Positions 12,976 to 26,422 of a DNA stretch of 64,000 bases are shown here, piece after piece. The stretch comes from Eledone cirrhosa (Eukaryota). The stretch spans positions 27,652,001-27,716,000 of the forward strand of contig OZ024743.1 of the NCBI GenBank assembly GCA_964016885.1. Reading direction: 5' to 3'. The position numbers and the translations under genes were made by a program. The notes beneath the pieces were generated by a model. That model had not been told where the DNA came from, made no database searches, and was given only the letters and a program-made list of their open reading frames with translations. Numbering within the stretch: position 1 is the first letter of the stretch; every line of letters begins with the position of its first letter.

Positions 12976-15900
12976 ATGACCTCACTCAGAATAGGCAGCA
13001 TAAATGCCCGTGGCTTGGGGTCGTCATGGAAGCAGGGCCACCTGCTCAACGACCTCAGGTAACTGAACATAGATGTAGTGGCCATCAGCGATACCAGAAT
13101 CTCCGAAGCACGGACCTTCGCACCGATCTTCGGCGGCTACGATGTGTACGCATCTCCCAGTCGTCCTGGGTTGGGGGGGGGGGAGTTGCTGTTCTTTTTC
13201 AGAGAGGTTTGGATCTCGCCATACGGGCCATCTTCCTGGACCCAGAGGGTAAGTTGGTGGTTCTTGTAGGGACCAGCGGAGACGGGCAAACTTTTAGGCT
13301 AGTGGCCGTCTATGCCCCGACAGGAGGAGGGCGGCCTGATTTCTTCCGGCGTCTGGAGACCTTTCTTGGAACGTCCCGCTCTTTAGTGTTTGTGGGCGAC
13401 TGGAACGGGATCTTAGATGCACGCTGGGACTGTGTGGGATTAACGGATAGAGGAGGAGCGTGCCAGAGCCTCACCAACCTGTTCAGGCGTTTTGAATGGT
13501 CGGACAGGTACCGATTGGATTTCCCGAATGTGCCAATGTGGACAAATCGCATAGGGTCATCCAGATCATATCTAGATAGAGTATTTTGTAGGGAAATAGA
13601 TAGGTCTAGCCACAATTCAAGATAGTCAGCTACTCGGACCACAAATTCGTGATCTGTGTGCTTGACTTAGATAGGCTTCATAGACGAGAACCCGGCTACT
13701 GGAAGCTAAACGCGTCCTTACCAGCGCACAAGGCCTACAGAGACCGGATTAGCGAACTAGTTAAGCAGGCGTTGACGGGGGCCATCGTCAACAACAAGTG
13801 GTGGTTTGCTCTGAAAAGAGCGATTAGAATAGAGTCCATTAGGTTTAGTAAGGCTTTAGCAATAGAGAAAAATAGAGCAGAGGGAGAACTAGTTAGAAAA
13901 TTAGACGAGGCGCTTAGCAAAGGCATCGCGACCGACGTACTTGCGGCGAAATTGGCCCTTGACCAATTCTTCAATGCAAAGCACGAAGGTTGCGTTGTCA
14001 GAGCTAGGGTGCGTGCTCTCAGACACGAGGGGACGAAAGCCGTTCAATGGGCCCGAGAGGCGGAGGCGCGTCGTGGAAACAAAGCCACGATCCGGTCTTT
14101 GGTGGACCATGACGGGCGCATTCTACTCGATCCCGGGAAAATGTGTGAAGCTTTTCAGCGACACTTCGCTCAGCTGTTCGGGGGCAGCGGCGGACCGGAT
14201 CGAGGGATGGATTTTAGTGTCTACCTCGACGGACTGCCGCGGCTCTCGGCCACTGAGGCGGAGTGTTGCGAAAAGCCGATGACAGCCGCTGAAGTAAGGG
14301 AGGCAATGACTGGCTGCACAAGGGGTAAATCGCCTGGTTTGGATGGTCTGCCCTATAAACTTTACGTACAGATGCCAGACTTGTTTGGAGGCCTCTTGGC
14401 GGACGTCTACTGCAACTGGCAACAGAACGGGAGAATTCCAAGCACTGTGAGCTGAGGAGCTGTGGCGCTGCTGAGAAAGGATCCGAACAAGGGGGATAAC
14501 ATAGATAATTTTAGGCCCATAACTCTGCTAAACACAGAGTTCAAGATTTTGGCCAAGGTGGTAGCAAAGAGGTTGGCGCTTGTCGTTGGTGGTCTGGTGG
14601 GAGAGGCGCAGACATGCGCCATTCCCGACAGATCCATCCACGACAACCTCCACCTCATGCGATACATCGTAGAGAGGGTAGCTAGGGAACCTGGCACGGG
14701 TGGGTCCTTGATCAATTTAGATCAGTCGAAAGCTTTCGATAGAGTCCATCGTTACCTAGCAGCAGTGCTGAGGGCGGCTGGCTTTGGGCCCGTCTTCAGA
14801 GGCTGGATCGCTGCCATGCACAGCGACATCTGCTCTGTGGTGAGAGTGAACGGTCACCTTTCGCAACCGTTCAACATCATGCGCTCGGTCCGCCAAGGAT
14901 GTCCCCTCTCGTCCCTCTTGTACGTATTGACTCTAGAGCCATTACTGCACAAACTCGAGACGTTGAGGGGGGTCCCGCGGAACTGGGATGCGGAAGATCT
15001 GTGTCAGCATATGCGGACGATGTTACCGTAGTGGTGTCGAACGCCAAACACATCGAGGCGATCGGCACTACACTAAGAGAATACGAGGCGGTGACAGGAG
15101 CAATGTTCAACCAGGAAAAGTCAGTGGGCCTGCAGCTCGGCACCTGGAGAGGCAGGTCCATGGCGTGCAGCAGCGTCGTCGGGCGCTGGACGGATGGACC
15201 GATTAAATTGCTAGTCTTGTTCGGTCCGGACCTCCAGACGGACAAAAACTGGGACGAGGTGACCAGCAGGGTGGCTTCTCTCACCCAGAAATGGGCGGAG
15301 AGGAAGCTATCCCTGAAAGGTCGAGTGGAGGTGGCTAACGCGTACATCGCGTCTGTCATCTACTACCGCCTGACCGTCGTACCTTATCCTAAGCCCCGCC
15401 TGACTGCGCTGGAGCGTTTGCTCTTTCGCTTTTTGTGGAAGGGACGCGCTCCGATGGTCAGGCGGTCCATCTGCTGTCAACACCCGCTACGTGGAGGGCT
15501 GGACATGCCGTGGCTGTTTATGCGCAGACACGCGCTCAGGCTACGACATCTCCACCTCTTCCTCGACGGTGCTCAGGTGTGGTTGCCGTTTGCTAGACAC
15601 GTCTGTCCCCAGCTCCTCTCCTTAACGGAGCTGCAGTCCTGGGTCAAGCGAAGACCGAGAGGGAGCGCTTGGAGACTGGAATGTCTTCAGGCGCTCACAG
15701 CCCTCGACCAATCGGGCAATGTGATCGGTGGAAACTCCACCTTGGCGTTCTATAGAAGATTAGTGGAGGGAAAGAGCGACGACGTACTTGGGGAAACTCT
15801 AGGCGTCGACGATAATCAACTAGCCAATCTCTTCGGAAGGACTTTCGGGCCGGGGCCTATGGACAACTTCCAGAAATCCCTGGCCTGGCAGTGCTACCGA

Positions 15901-16374
15901 GGAGCTTTGCCAGTTCATGATAAACTCTACAGGCATGGAGGTGCCGTCAGCCGGGCATGTCCGAGATGCGCGCAGGGCGACGAAACCGTCCTGCCCGCAC
16001 TCGTCCAGTGTCCGAGCATTGCTGACTTGTGGGTTTATGTCGAACACCTGCTGTTGCGTGTAGGACGGATCCAGCTATCAGCTGTGTCCATCGTGAGGAT
16101 TGCCCCGCACTCTTCCTTTAGCCGGGAAGGGCAGGCAGTTCTTATCAGTCTGGTGGCCATGGCGAAAGAGATATTATGGTGGACACGTTTGAAAGGGCTG
16201 AAGACGAACACTTACCTCTTCGGTGATGCCCTGATTAACTTTTTCAAATTTCATTTGAAAAGGAAAATCAGGGTAGAGAGGGAAGTGCTCTCTTCCCAGC
16301 ATTTTGTTGAAAGATGGGTGAGAGAGGCAAGAATGGCCCGAGTGAATGGGCCTACTCTGAGTATGTGTCTGTAA
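12976..16374 (+). pseudogene. LINE ORF2: APE endonuclease, reverse transcriptase, C-terminal Cys motif; several stops/frameshifts
   Basis: MTSLRIGSINARGL, VYAP, GDWN, SYLDR, SDH, GYWKLN, KSPGLDG, FRPITLLN, DQSKAFDRV, RQGCPLS, YADD, CPRC..ET...C; stops at ~13050 and 14453. Confidence 0.92.
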
Positions 16375-16620
16375 ATTAAAGGTGGAAAACTGTGGGAGGC
16401 ACTTGCCCTGGTGATCAGGGTAACTGTGGCTTTTTAATGGGCTTTCTCCACGAATGTCCCTCGGAAGTCTCCCCCCTATTGGGGAATTTTTTCATTGTTC
16501 TATTATTACATCTTCTTTTTTTGTTTTTTTACACGCAGAAATGCCCTTTTGTACCGTCCAGTATTGTCCTGTACTGTCCTTAATGTCTACTTTGTGTAAA
16601 CCCTTGTGGTTAATAAAGAA

Positions 16621-16723
16621 ATCCCGCCGAGGTTGACTTTGCCTTTCATCCTTACGGGGTCGATAAAATAAAGTACCAGTAATGCACTGGGTAATTGCTG
16701 GCCTTGTGCCTAAAGCAGAAACA

Positions 16724-16767
<44 letters not shown>

Positions 16768-17226
16768 TGTTATTATTTCTGACGCCATACTTTGCGGCAT
16801 AGAGTTACGGCCGATGTTAACTTTGCCTTTCATCCTTACGAGGTCGATAAAATAAAGTACCAGTAATACACCGAGATTTTTGCTGGCCTTGTGCCTATAG
16901 TAGAAATCGACAATATCGGTAGAGCGTCGGACAACATGCTTCGCTGCATAGAGTTACGGGCCTTTAAGTTCTGAGTTCAAATCCCGCCGAGTTTAGCCCT
17001 GATAATAATGGGTTCTTATATAGGCACAAGGCCAGCAATTTGGGGGGCGGGTAAAGTCGATTAAATCGACCCCAGTGCGTGACTGGTACTTTATTTTATC
17101 GACCCCGTAAGGACGAAAGGCAAAATTAACCACGAATGGATTTGAAATCAGATTATAAAGGGCCATAACTCTATGCTGAAAAGCATACTGTCTGATGCCC
17201 TATCGATACTGCCATGCTACCGCCCT
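16621..17226. mobile_element. Cluster of SINE A copies/fragments
   Basis: Plus-strand copies ~16621-16760, 16779-16910, 16911-16995; minus-strand copy ~17010-17226. Confidence 0.8.
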
Positions 17227-17503
17227 AATAATAATAATATGGTATCGAAACTACGCCTTTCTCGTCTTTCAATTTTTACTTCCTTGACGTCGTTTAAAAA
17301 CACACGTGCTGACACGTCATCGCCACAAACACTCAACACGCTAAAGGTGTCGAGGCATGAAACAGCAACAACAATAACAACAGCAACAACAACGAAACTA
17401 GTACCCATTCTACCACCACAGCAATAACAAAAAAAAGATCGCTGATATAAATAACATCAGCACCATAAAGAACAAAAACAAAATGAGTGAGAAAATTAAT
17501 ATC

Positions 17504-17549
<46 letters not shown>

Positions 17550-17559
17550 GAGAGAGAGA

Positions 17560-18350
17560 GAGCACTACAGACAAATACGATAAGGAATATGTATATCCCA
17601 AATGAAACAAATATATGTCGGTTATGTGGAAAGAAGGCGGAAAGTGTGAAACACGCCGTGAGTGCCTGTGACAAACTCAGGCACAATGAATATAACAGGT
17701 GTCATAAGTGTGCTTACGCCTTCATTGGTCTTTATGCCAAAAATAAGGGATTGGAACCACTGAGAAATGTCATCAGCACAAACCAGAGAAACTCCTAGAT
17801 AATCAAACAGTTTGAAAAGAAAAATATATATAAAAATTAAATCGAAGTAAGCATATCAATCATTATGGTATGTATATGTTTATGTGTCTATACATATACA
17901 GACTCATTAACGGCTTAATGAACACGACCACAAGGATATGGTCCGAACGTGGAAGAGCCGAACTCCCACTATCATCGCTTCCATCTCTCTCGCCCTCCCC
18001 ATCTCTCTGTATGGTGAGCAAATGGTGTCCCACGTGCTGGCCTCCAACAGCTCCGGCGCAAGATTGGAGGAGTGAAACGCTTATGGGACTTTACAATCCA
18101 GAGATATAGAGTTCTTGAAACTTCAAGGACAGACGTAATTTTGGCGGAAAAGGTTACTGAAAGGTGTTTGCTGATCGACGAAGCTGTCCCGGGAGACTAT
18201 AACATCAATAGGAAAGAAAACGAGAAAATCTTAAAGTAGAGATGTTGAGAAAATGTGGAATATTTAAGCAAGAGTGGTACCAATTGTGATTAGAGCATTT
18301 GCGTCGGCGACAGTAAACGTTTAGAAAAAACTTAATAGAATTAGAACCAG
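17560..18350 (+). mobile_element. Decayed R4/Dong-like C-terminal fragments
   Basis: CRLCGKKAESVKHAVSAC (zinc finger) at ~17615-17670; RTDVIL..CLLIDEAVPGD.N..KENEKILK at ~18125-18240. Confidence 0.65.
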
Positions 18351-18650
18351 TCTCAGCATCATGACATTAGTGTATTCTTTTTTTCAGCTTAATAAGTGTT
18401 TTCTTTTTTTAATCTAAAATGTGATAGCCAATACTCCTCACGAGGAAAACCATTGAAATACGATTCATTAACAAGTGTCATATCCAGAGATTATGCATTT
18501 CTAATTATTTCCAACAACACAGAAATACATTACATTGGAATTCAATTCCAGTTTATTAAACTATACACGTTGACGAAAATTATTAGCTTTTAAAATGAAA
18601 ATCAGGATATACACAATATATATATGTGTGTGTGTGTGTGTGTGCGTGAT

Positions 18651-18692
<42 letters not shown>

Positions 18693-19382
18693 ATTAAGGA
18701 GTTCGTTCAAACTTAGCTCTATACATGTAAGTATGTTGATTTTGTATGACTAATGAAATACTGGAATGAAATAATTCCTGGAATTCAATATAGACAAAAT
18801 CATATCGTTTAGACGCCTATGTACATGGGCTGATTAGCCTCATTTGCATACGGATCTGTCGGCCGGGTCGGCCTGAAAATAGAATTAAGGTGTTCGCTTC
18901 AACGTAGTGAGCAGGATAAGGAGAACACTGTCTTTATAACGATCATAATTTAGAAACGATTTTCGACATTTACTCTCCCTTGTTTCTGTATTAACATTTA
19001 TTATAATAACACGTTAATATTAATTGGATTCATCTCTAAAAAAAAATAAACTATATTCTACATGGAAGTATACCATACAAAATAGGGTCTTCCAAAATAA
19101 AATCACCTATCTAGCGAGTGACGCGATTGAACACGAAGCTATTAAGCTATTCATCGCCACTGAAATGCAGCATAATAGGAAATAAAATAAAATTGAAAAA
19201 ATAAAAGCTTCTTCATCCCTTATTAGAAGCACTCCGCTGGATACCATTTAGGGAATTACGACGTGGAGTGCTTATGTGGATTACACGATAGATTGTTGAC
19301 CTGCAAAATCAACAACAAATTACTATATATATATAAGTATTGAGTACGTTATGGTCCATCTGGTTTTTTACCACATCTCCTC

Positions 19383-19440
<58 letters not shown>

Positions 19441-19655
19441 GTTAACAAGTTATCGTTATAGGTAATCCAGTTTGAGGTTGTGAGAACTCTACGTCGTGGA
19501 TAGTTTTAAGGTACGGCTTTGTTTAACTCAACAAGATGTTTCCATAGTTAGGCAGCGAGTTCGCGGTAATTCCTATGTAGGTTATACTTGGAGTAATAAT
19601 AGTGAAAGAATGAAGAGTAACATGGTTGGCTGTAAAACAAGTGGCTTTACTTTAG

Positions 19656-19765
19656 GTATTAACAATTGTTTCATAGATCAGGTGAGTCTAGAGGCCGCTA
19701 ATCGCTCGAAGTTGCGTCACTCGATCTCCATTACATCATTTACTCTGATCAAATCCTCAGAATAC
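19656..19765 (-). ncRNA. Type I hammerhead ribozyme motif with long stem II
   Basis: Mirror of 21222-21332. Confidence 0.7.
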
Positions 19766-21221
19766 AAAAATAATTCATACAGGGAAAGATATATAGAGAG
19801 AAATAGCGTATAATCAAAACAATAACATCAATAATAAAATATATATGATAAATAGGTAAAGAAGTTACAGACGTAAAAAGTAAAAGATAAGAAAAAAGGT
19901 ACAGTAAAAAAGTAAGAAAATGGAAAAATAATAGTAATATGAAGAAATAAGAATAAGTGAGAGCATATAAGTACAGAATATGATAGTGGTGGTGGTGAGT
20001 AAGTGTCCGTATAAGGACTCTGTGGTGGATTTAGTGTTAACATGGAAAGTCATATTCGAAACATACATAGATACGTGTAGAGAGTCTGGGGTAGTGACAG
20101 ATAAAAGAAAAAGCAATAAATTAGGGATTAATTGGGAGATACTAGTATGAGACCCAAGAGCTAAGGGTGGAACGGAGGTTTGACAAATGTGTGTGGAAAA
20201 TGGTTCAGTTCAAATTTTGGAATTTGCTGGCTCGAATCACGGTGGTTTGAAATTTGTGAACTTGGTAGCTATTTTATGCCTACAGAAAATTGATCTTTCT
20301 ATTTTGCTGTTAAGCAGCATCTTATCGTACCTTAAAATATGGAATAGCTCCATATTAGAAAGTCTGCAGTGGGACATCTCATTGTTATAGGCCCTTGCTC
20401 CGGATAATTTTGACCAGTTAATCCTATATTCCTGGTTTGTGTTTTTAAGCTGCCAGATTTTATTGGCGAGCGTCCTAGAGTTCTCCAGTCTACTGTTCTT
20501 CGTGGAGTTTCTGTGAACGTATCACCTCTTTTTGAACTCCCCAGCCCTGCAACCTATGTAGTGCCAAGTAAAGTTGCCTGAATTTACAGGTACACCATAC
20601 TCGAATCCAGGCATCTATTTTGTAGTGGGTACTTATCCGGTAGGTGGCAGTTAGAGTTGGAGGATTTTCTGTGTGCAGGTTCTCCGCTGCGCACAGAAAA
20701 GCCTCCAACTGTAACATATCTTTCACCCCTCTCCCTGAAACCGCATCAACCCCATTAAGACAAGACAATCAGAAAAACCTTTACGACAAACATTTGTCAA
20801 ACTTCCCTTCACCATCCACTCTTAGCCCTTGGGTCTCATACTAGTATCTCCAAATTAATCTCTAATTTATTGCTTTTTTCTTTTATCTGTCCCTACCTCA
20901 GACTCTCTGCACGTATCTATGTATGTTTCGAATATGACTTTTCATGTTAGCACTAAAACCACCACAGAATCCTTATACGTACACTTACTCACCACCACCG
21001 CTATCATATTCTGTACTTATATGCTCTCACTTATCCTTATATCTTTATATTTCTATTATTTTTCGATTTTCTTACTTTTTTACTGTATCTGTTTTCTTAT
21101 CTTTTACTTTTTACATCTGTAACTTCTTTACCTATTTATCGTATATATTTTATTATTGATGTTATTGTTTTGATTATACGCTATTTCTCTCTATATATCA
21201 TGCCGTGTATGAATTGTTTTT

Positions 21222-21332
21222 GTATTCTGAGGATTTGATCAGAGGTAGATAATGTAATGGAGATCGAGTGACGCAACTTCGAGCGATTAGCGGCCTCTAG
21301 ACTCACCTGATCAATGAAACAATTGTTAATAC
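21222..21332 (+). ncRNA. Type I hammerhead ribozyme motif with long stem II
   Basis: GTATT CTGAGGA T TTGATCAG...CTGATCAA T GAAA CAATTG TT AATAC; stem I GTATT/AATAC, palindromic stem III. Confidence 0.8.
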
Positions 21333-21529
21333 CTGAAATAAAGCTCCTTGTTGTACAGCCAACCATGTTACTCTTCATTCTTTCACTATATATATATATA
21401 TGTATATGTGTGTGTGTGTGCGTGTGAGTGGATGTGTGTCGGCGCGTGTGTTTGTGTGTATGTGTATATATATATATAATTAAGGTGTTCGCTCAAACAT
21501 AGCTGTATACATATATGTATATATATATA

Positions 21530-21715
21530 CTGTGAAAATCCGTTATAACGAAATTCACGGGGTACAAAAAATATTGGTTGTAAGGAAAAATTCTTTATTA
21601 TGAGGTCGATCGAAAGAAATATAACGTTTGTTTGTTATTCCCTCTGGGATTGAAAAAAATTCGTTATACTGAAAAGATCGTTAGAAAGATATTCGTTATA
21701 ACGGAATTTTATCTG
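21530..21715. mobile_element. Tc1/pogo(Tigger)-like MITE
   Basis: Imperfect TIRs CTGTGAAAATCCGTTATAACGAA / TTCGTTATAACGGAATTTTATCTG in a TA-rich site. Confidence 0.65.
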
Positions 21716-21789
21716 CATATATGTTTATCTCCCCCCACACACACACAGGCACGCACACACACACACACATATATATACATATATATATA

Positions 21790-22202
21790 TAATATTAAAA
21801 TATAAGTATTAATAAAATAGATGTTCTTTTGATCAATTAAATTTTATTATACACATTTCGGATGTACAACAGTACGTCCTCATCAGACAAAATATAATGA
21901 TACATGACATACCCTGAGATGTTAAATGGTTAAGATTTAATCACTACCTTGATTAAATCTTAACCATTTAACATCTCAGAGTATGTCATGTATCATTATA
22001 TTTTGTCTGATGAGGACGTACTGTTGTACATCCGAAATGTGTATAATAAAATTTAATTGATCAAAAGAACATCTATTTTATTAATACTTATATTTTAATA
22101 TTAATAACTCCTCAAAATTATTTTTACCGTTGAGTGCTTCCAATCTACTGTAAAACTCATTCTTTGACATAATCATCGAATATTGTTTAACAATTTAATA
22201 CT

Positions 22203-22203
<1 letters not shown>
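21790..22203 (+). mobile_element. Non-coding fold-back element: 154-bp arms, 6-bp spacer, hammerhead motif and tail
   Basis: 21790-21943/21950-22103 with one mismatch. CTGATGA GGACGTAC TGTT GTACATCC GAAA TGTG TA at 22007-22043; tail with TTGAGTGC at 22130; (TA)n flanks. Confidence 0.85.
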
Positions 22204-22237
<34 letters not shown>

Positions 22238-22557
22238 ATAAATAAACATGTTTTAACGGTCTATTCTCCGATTTCTTACTTTCCCACGTATATGTATATA
22301 TGTATGTATATATGTGTGTGTGAGTGTGTAGATGTATGTATGTATTGATGGTGTCGCTTTTGAATGCACCCAGTATACTCTCTAAAGTAATAGGTGTTAG
22401 GTATGTCTTCGAAATATAGAAACAATGCCTAAAATAGTACGTAACAGAGAGAGACGTGTCATTCCTGCCACGATATAGGTGTCTTTAACTAAGAACACAC
22501 AAACACTGCTATTACCTACCTATCACATGTTAACATTAAAAGTGGACGTAGAATAAT

Positions 22558-22727
22558 GGTTTCTACTTTTGGCACAAGGTCAGCAATTATCCTAGTGCAT
22601 CACTGGTACTTTATTTTATCGACCTTGTAAGGATGAAAGGCAAAGTTAACCTCTACGGGATTTGAACTCAGACCATAAACGGCCGTAACTCTTTGCGTCC
22701 GACCCTCTACCGATACTGCCAATCCAA
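22558..22727 (-). mobile_element. SINE A copy
   Basis: Reverse complement of SINE A with a small internal deletion. Confidence 0.8.
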
Positions 22728-23282
22728 ATGATATTATGATAATAGTGATGATGATGTTGATGAGGATGATGTTGATGATGATGATGATGATGACGACGAT
22801 GATGATGATGATGAGGAGGAGGAGGAGGAGGATGATGATGGTGATGGTGATGGTGATAATGACGATGATGATGATGGTGGTGGTGGTGGTGGTGAAAATG
22901 GTGATGAAAGGAGGGGAATATTTTGTCGAAAAAGAGAAGAATAAGAATGAGGATAATGATGGTGATCATGATGACGAAAAGTAGGGAAGGGGGAAGAAAA
23001 GAAGGAGAAGAGCTGGCTGTAGTGCGTGGTGAAGAAGAAAGAAATAACATTTCGAAATGTACTTGGATTTTTATTTTTTAGAATCTCCTTCAAGTTGGAA
23101 AATTTGGGGGAAGTAATATTTTTGTCCAGCTAGAATTATCGATTTTTGTATCAGGATAAATCGTAATGTGTCCAGGATATTTCTCATTTTTTCTTGTCTT
23201 TACGACTCACATAATCAATACGTTTTGTATTGAGATTTCTTAATTGCTACATACAAATATATTTAATATATCATTTAATATT

Positions 23283-23720
23283 TACGAGACGAACTAAATA
23301 ATTATCCGCTCTTTCTTCAAAACATTCTTTAGCTTGACCTCATTGCTTTCAGGGCTCGCATGCTAAATAGTGGTACTCTTGTTGTTTGACCTTGATCGCT
23401 TCAGCTTTCTTTTTTCTGTTAGAAGAGTATATATATATCTGCTCCACTGGCAGTGTCCACCAAGGAATAACAGAGATAAGTCATCGCCTTTCACTGGTCT
23501 GAAAGTGTGTCAAGGACTGAAATTCATTCCAGGCTTTCAGTACGGGGACAGCGCTCTACCACATAGAAGTGTGTATGAGTGGATCGAGAAGTTTCAAAAT
23601 GGCCAGCTAAGGATGAAGCACAAAGAGGAAGCAACGATGAGATGGTATGTTCTCTGTAAATTAGTCATTCTTCTGCATACGAAATCATCCACTGCAAGTT
23701 TCGTCTCAGAACAGTCTAAA
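23283..23720 (+). mobile_element. Mariner-like DNA transposon remnant
   Basis: QYGDSALPHRSVYEWIEKFQNG resembles the mariner N-terminal HTH; TACGAG..TTATCCG TIR-like start at 23283. Confidence 0.65.
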
Positions 23721-24227
23721 TAATTACAAAGCGTTTTCAATAATCATCTTCAATTAAAAATGAAGATATTAATAGGATGCCTTTTGGCATGTAGTTCTAA
23801 ATTACCCACAATGCAACCCCCCCCCCCCAAAAAAAAAACAACAACAAATATTAAATAACAAAATTCAGATTGAAATTTATAATGTAAGAAATCTCTTATT
23901 GACAGATAAACTCATCAAATTGTTCAATTATAGATTGGAAAAAGGAGAAGTTTCTCAAGAATTGATGTTTATCATTACCAGAGAAAAGGTAACACAGTAA
24001 TAAAACAAATTAGCTTGCAAATCTTAGCTTGCATCCTGCTAAATCACCTAAATAAGCAGTTAAATCAAGAATGTGGATGATGGGAAATCAATCAGGTTTC
24101 CGGAGTGATCGTCGGAATACAGACGTGGTGTTCACTCTTAGTGTTCACTAATAAACGTGAAATGTATACATTACATTTATAGACCTAAGAAACGTGTTTG
24201 ATTTTATCAACAAAAAGATTTCACAAT

Positions 24228-24645
24228 AATAATTGTTTCTACGTTAGGCACAAGGCCAGCAATTATCCCAATGCATTACTGGTACTTTATTTTATTGACC
24301 CCGTAAGGATGAAAGGCAAAGTTAACCTTGGCGGGATTTGAACTCAGAATGGAAAGGGCCGTAACTCTATGCGTCAATACTGCTAATCCACCGCCAATAA
24401 TGACGAAATTTGATTGCCACAACAAATTCATTAACATATTTGGTTTTCATGGTGGTCAGACAACCTGTGCTGTCATATCTGTGGTATATCCCCAACATTG
24501 TTCAGCATTATATTTACTATAGGGCGGTGGATTGGCAGTATAGGTAGAGGGTCGGACGCCATGCTTTCTAGCATAGTTACGTCCATTTATGATCTGAGTT
24601 CAAATCCTGCCGAGGTTAACTTGTGCCAAAAGTAGAAACAATTAT
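24228..24645. mobile_element. Two SINE A copies (minus 24228-24395, plus 24521-24645)
   Basis: Match to the SINE A unit with internal deletions. Confidence 0.8.
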
Positions 24646-24704
24646 ATTTAATATATGGTACTTTCTCAGATGATATCAGTTCAACCAAACATAAATTATA
24701 AAAC

Positions 24705-25020
24705 ACCAGAAGGTTAGTGACTAGTGTAATTAGCTCATACTCGCAAAATCATGAGCTCAATTCGAGGCGGCGCGTTGCCATTGTGCAAGACACATTATTT
24801 CCCGTTAATTTAGTCTACTCAGCTAACAAAAATGAGTTGTAACTGTAATTCAAAAGACCAGCCTTGTCATATACTTTGTCGCGTTGAATCTCACTGAGAA
24901 CTAAGTTAAAGGTACACGTGTCTGTGGAATGTTCAGCTTCTTGCTCATTGATTTCAAGAGCACGTTGTTCAGTTGATTGAATTAACTAGCACACTCTTCG
25001 TCGAAATTAATCGAACTCCA
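24705..25020 (+). mobile_element. Older tRNA-derived SINE family B
   Basis: tRNA-like head, then GCAAGACACATTATTTCCCGTT..ACTCAGCT; relatives at ~35395-35660, 47365-47690, 48950-49250, 51850-51970. Confidence 0.6.
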
Positions 25021-25089
25021 GCACACACACATTTGGTCACAAACATTTCAGCAATGCCCAACTTATATGTTTCTCTTTTCAGATATAAT

Positions 25090-25180
25090 TGTTTCTACTT
25101 TGGGCACAAGGCCAGCACATATCAGTACATTACTGGTACTTTCTTTTATCGACCCCGTAAGGCTGAAAGGCAAAGTTAAC
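25090..25180 (-). mobile_element. 5'-truncated SINE A with 17-bp TSD
   Basis: CTCTTTTCAGATATAAT at 25073-25089 and 25181-25197. Confidence 0.85.
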
Positions 25181-25575
25181 CTCTTTTCAGATATAATGTA
25201 TTTAAATTTGTATTATCCTATGTATCCTCCTTAAGAAGTGCAAAGTGTGATATTTAGGCTATTTGGCAGATATTAGAATATCACATGATAGATAGATAGT
25301 TCCTCTGTGACTCGAGAGGAAGAGGTTATAGAGTCTGTTGAAAAGTGTTCGGAAAACGGTTTCTAGTCTGTTGTCATGATTCAGCTCTAATTCCAATTTC
25401 GGTATAATTTCAAATTATTAAACAAAGTTTCCGTGGTGAGGATCCCTTCACTCTGTCATCATTGTGTATTCCATTCTTTGGTAACTACAATTCCTAATGG
25501 CCCATGTATGGAAGTAGTAGGAAACCATTCCAATGTATTGTCACATGAAGCTACATCACAATGTAGTGTATTCAT

Positions 25576-25612
<37 letters not shown>

Positions 25613-25617
25613 GCACA

Positions 25618-25662
<45 letters not shown>

Positions 25663-25795
25663 ACACACACACACACATACACGCACACACACACACACAC
25701 GTCAACATGAATGGAGCTGTTATTTTTATCTAAAGACATTTTTTCCAATTCCAACCGCCCGTCCCCTCAATCTATCTTATTTATCATTCTCTCTT

Positions 25796-25824
25796 CTGAT
25801 GAAGGACTAGCGTCCGAAACGTTA
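25796..25824 (+). ncRNA. Minimal PLE-type hammerhead motif
   Basis: CTGATGA A GGAC TAGC GTCC GAAACGTTA; palindromic AACGTT stem III; ~85 nt before (TA)n; stem I weak. Confidence 0.65.
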
Positions 25825-25962
25825 AAACCCTCTTTCTGCTACATCAAACGTTAACCTAATATATCCCTTCCATATACTGTACCGATTGTTTTGTTATTTC
25901 TGTTTACCTTATATATATATACATATATAATATATATATATATATATCTTATATATATATAC

Positions 25963-26064
<102 letters not shown>

Positions 26065-26239
26065 TGAAGTTAATATGTCCAAAGATACTAAGTACCCCTA
26101 GAAATACATAGGTTGTCTATGATTCAAGGTTGTTCAATGGTATTAATTTGATATACCAGAACTTTAATATTAAGATAAGCAGAACAAGTAAAATTCAACC
26201 AATTTTTTAAAAATAAATAAAAAAATATATATATATATA

Positions 26240-26310
<71 letters not shown>

Positions 26311-26313
26311 TAA

Positions 26314-26345
<32 letters not shown>

Positions 26346-26358
26346 CATATATATATAC

Positions 26359-26418
<60 letters not shown>

Positions 26419-26422
<4 letters not shown>

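Larger units (their letters stand above)
10811..16620 (+). mobile_element. Near full-length Tx1/L1-clade LINE (disabled)
   Basis: Two-ORF layout, short 3' UTR ending AATAAAGAA at ~16612-16620; 5' boundary approximate (after (ATT)n). Confidence 0.88.
19439..21389 (-). mobile_element. Fold-back PLE remnant with ~590-bp inverted arms and central GIY-YIG remnant
   Basis: ~19601-20185 inverted against ~20795-21388. Minus-strand translation of ~20250-20640 gives YPLQNRCLDSSMVY..HYIGC..FKKR..TLANKIWQLK..INW..CRL..LLN..FCRH. Tail 19439-19600; (TA)n flanks. Confidence 0.85.
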
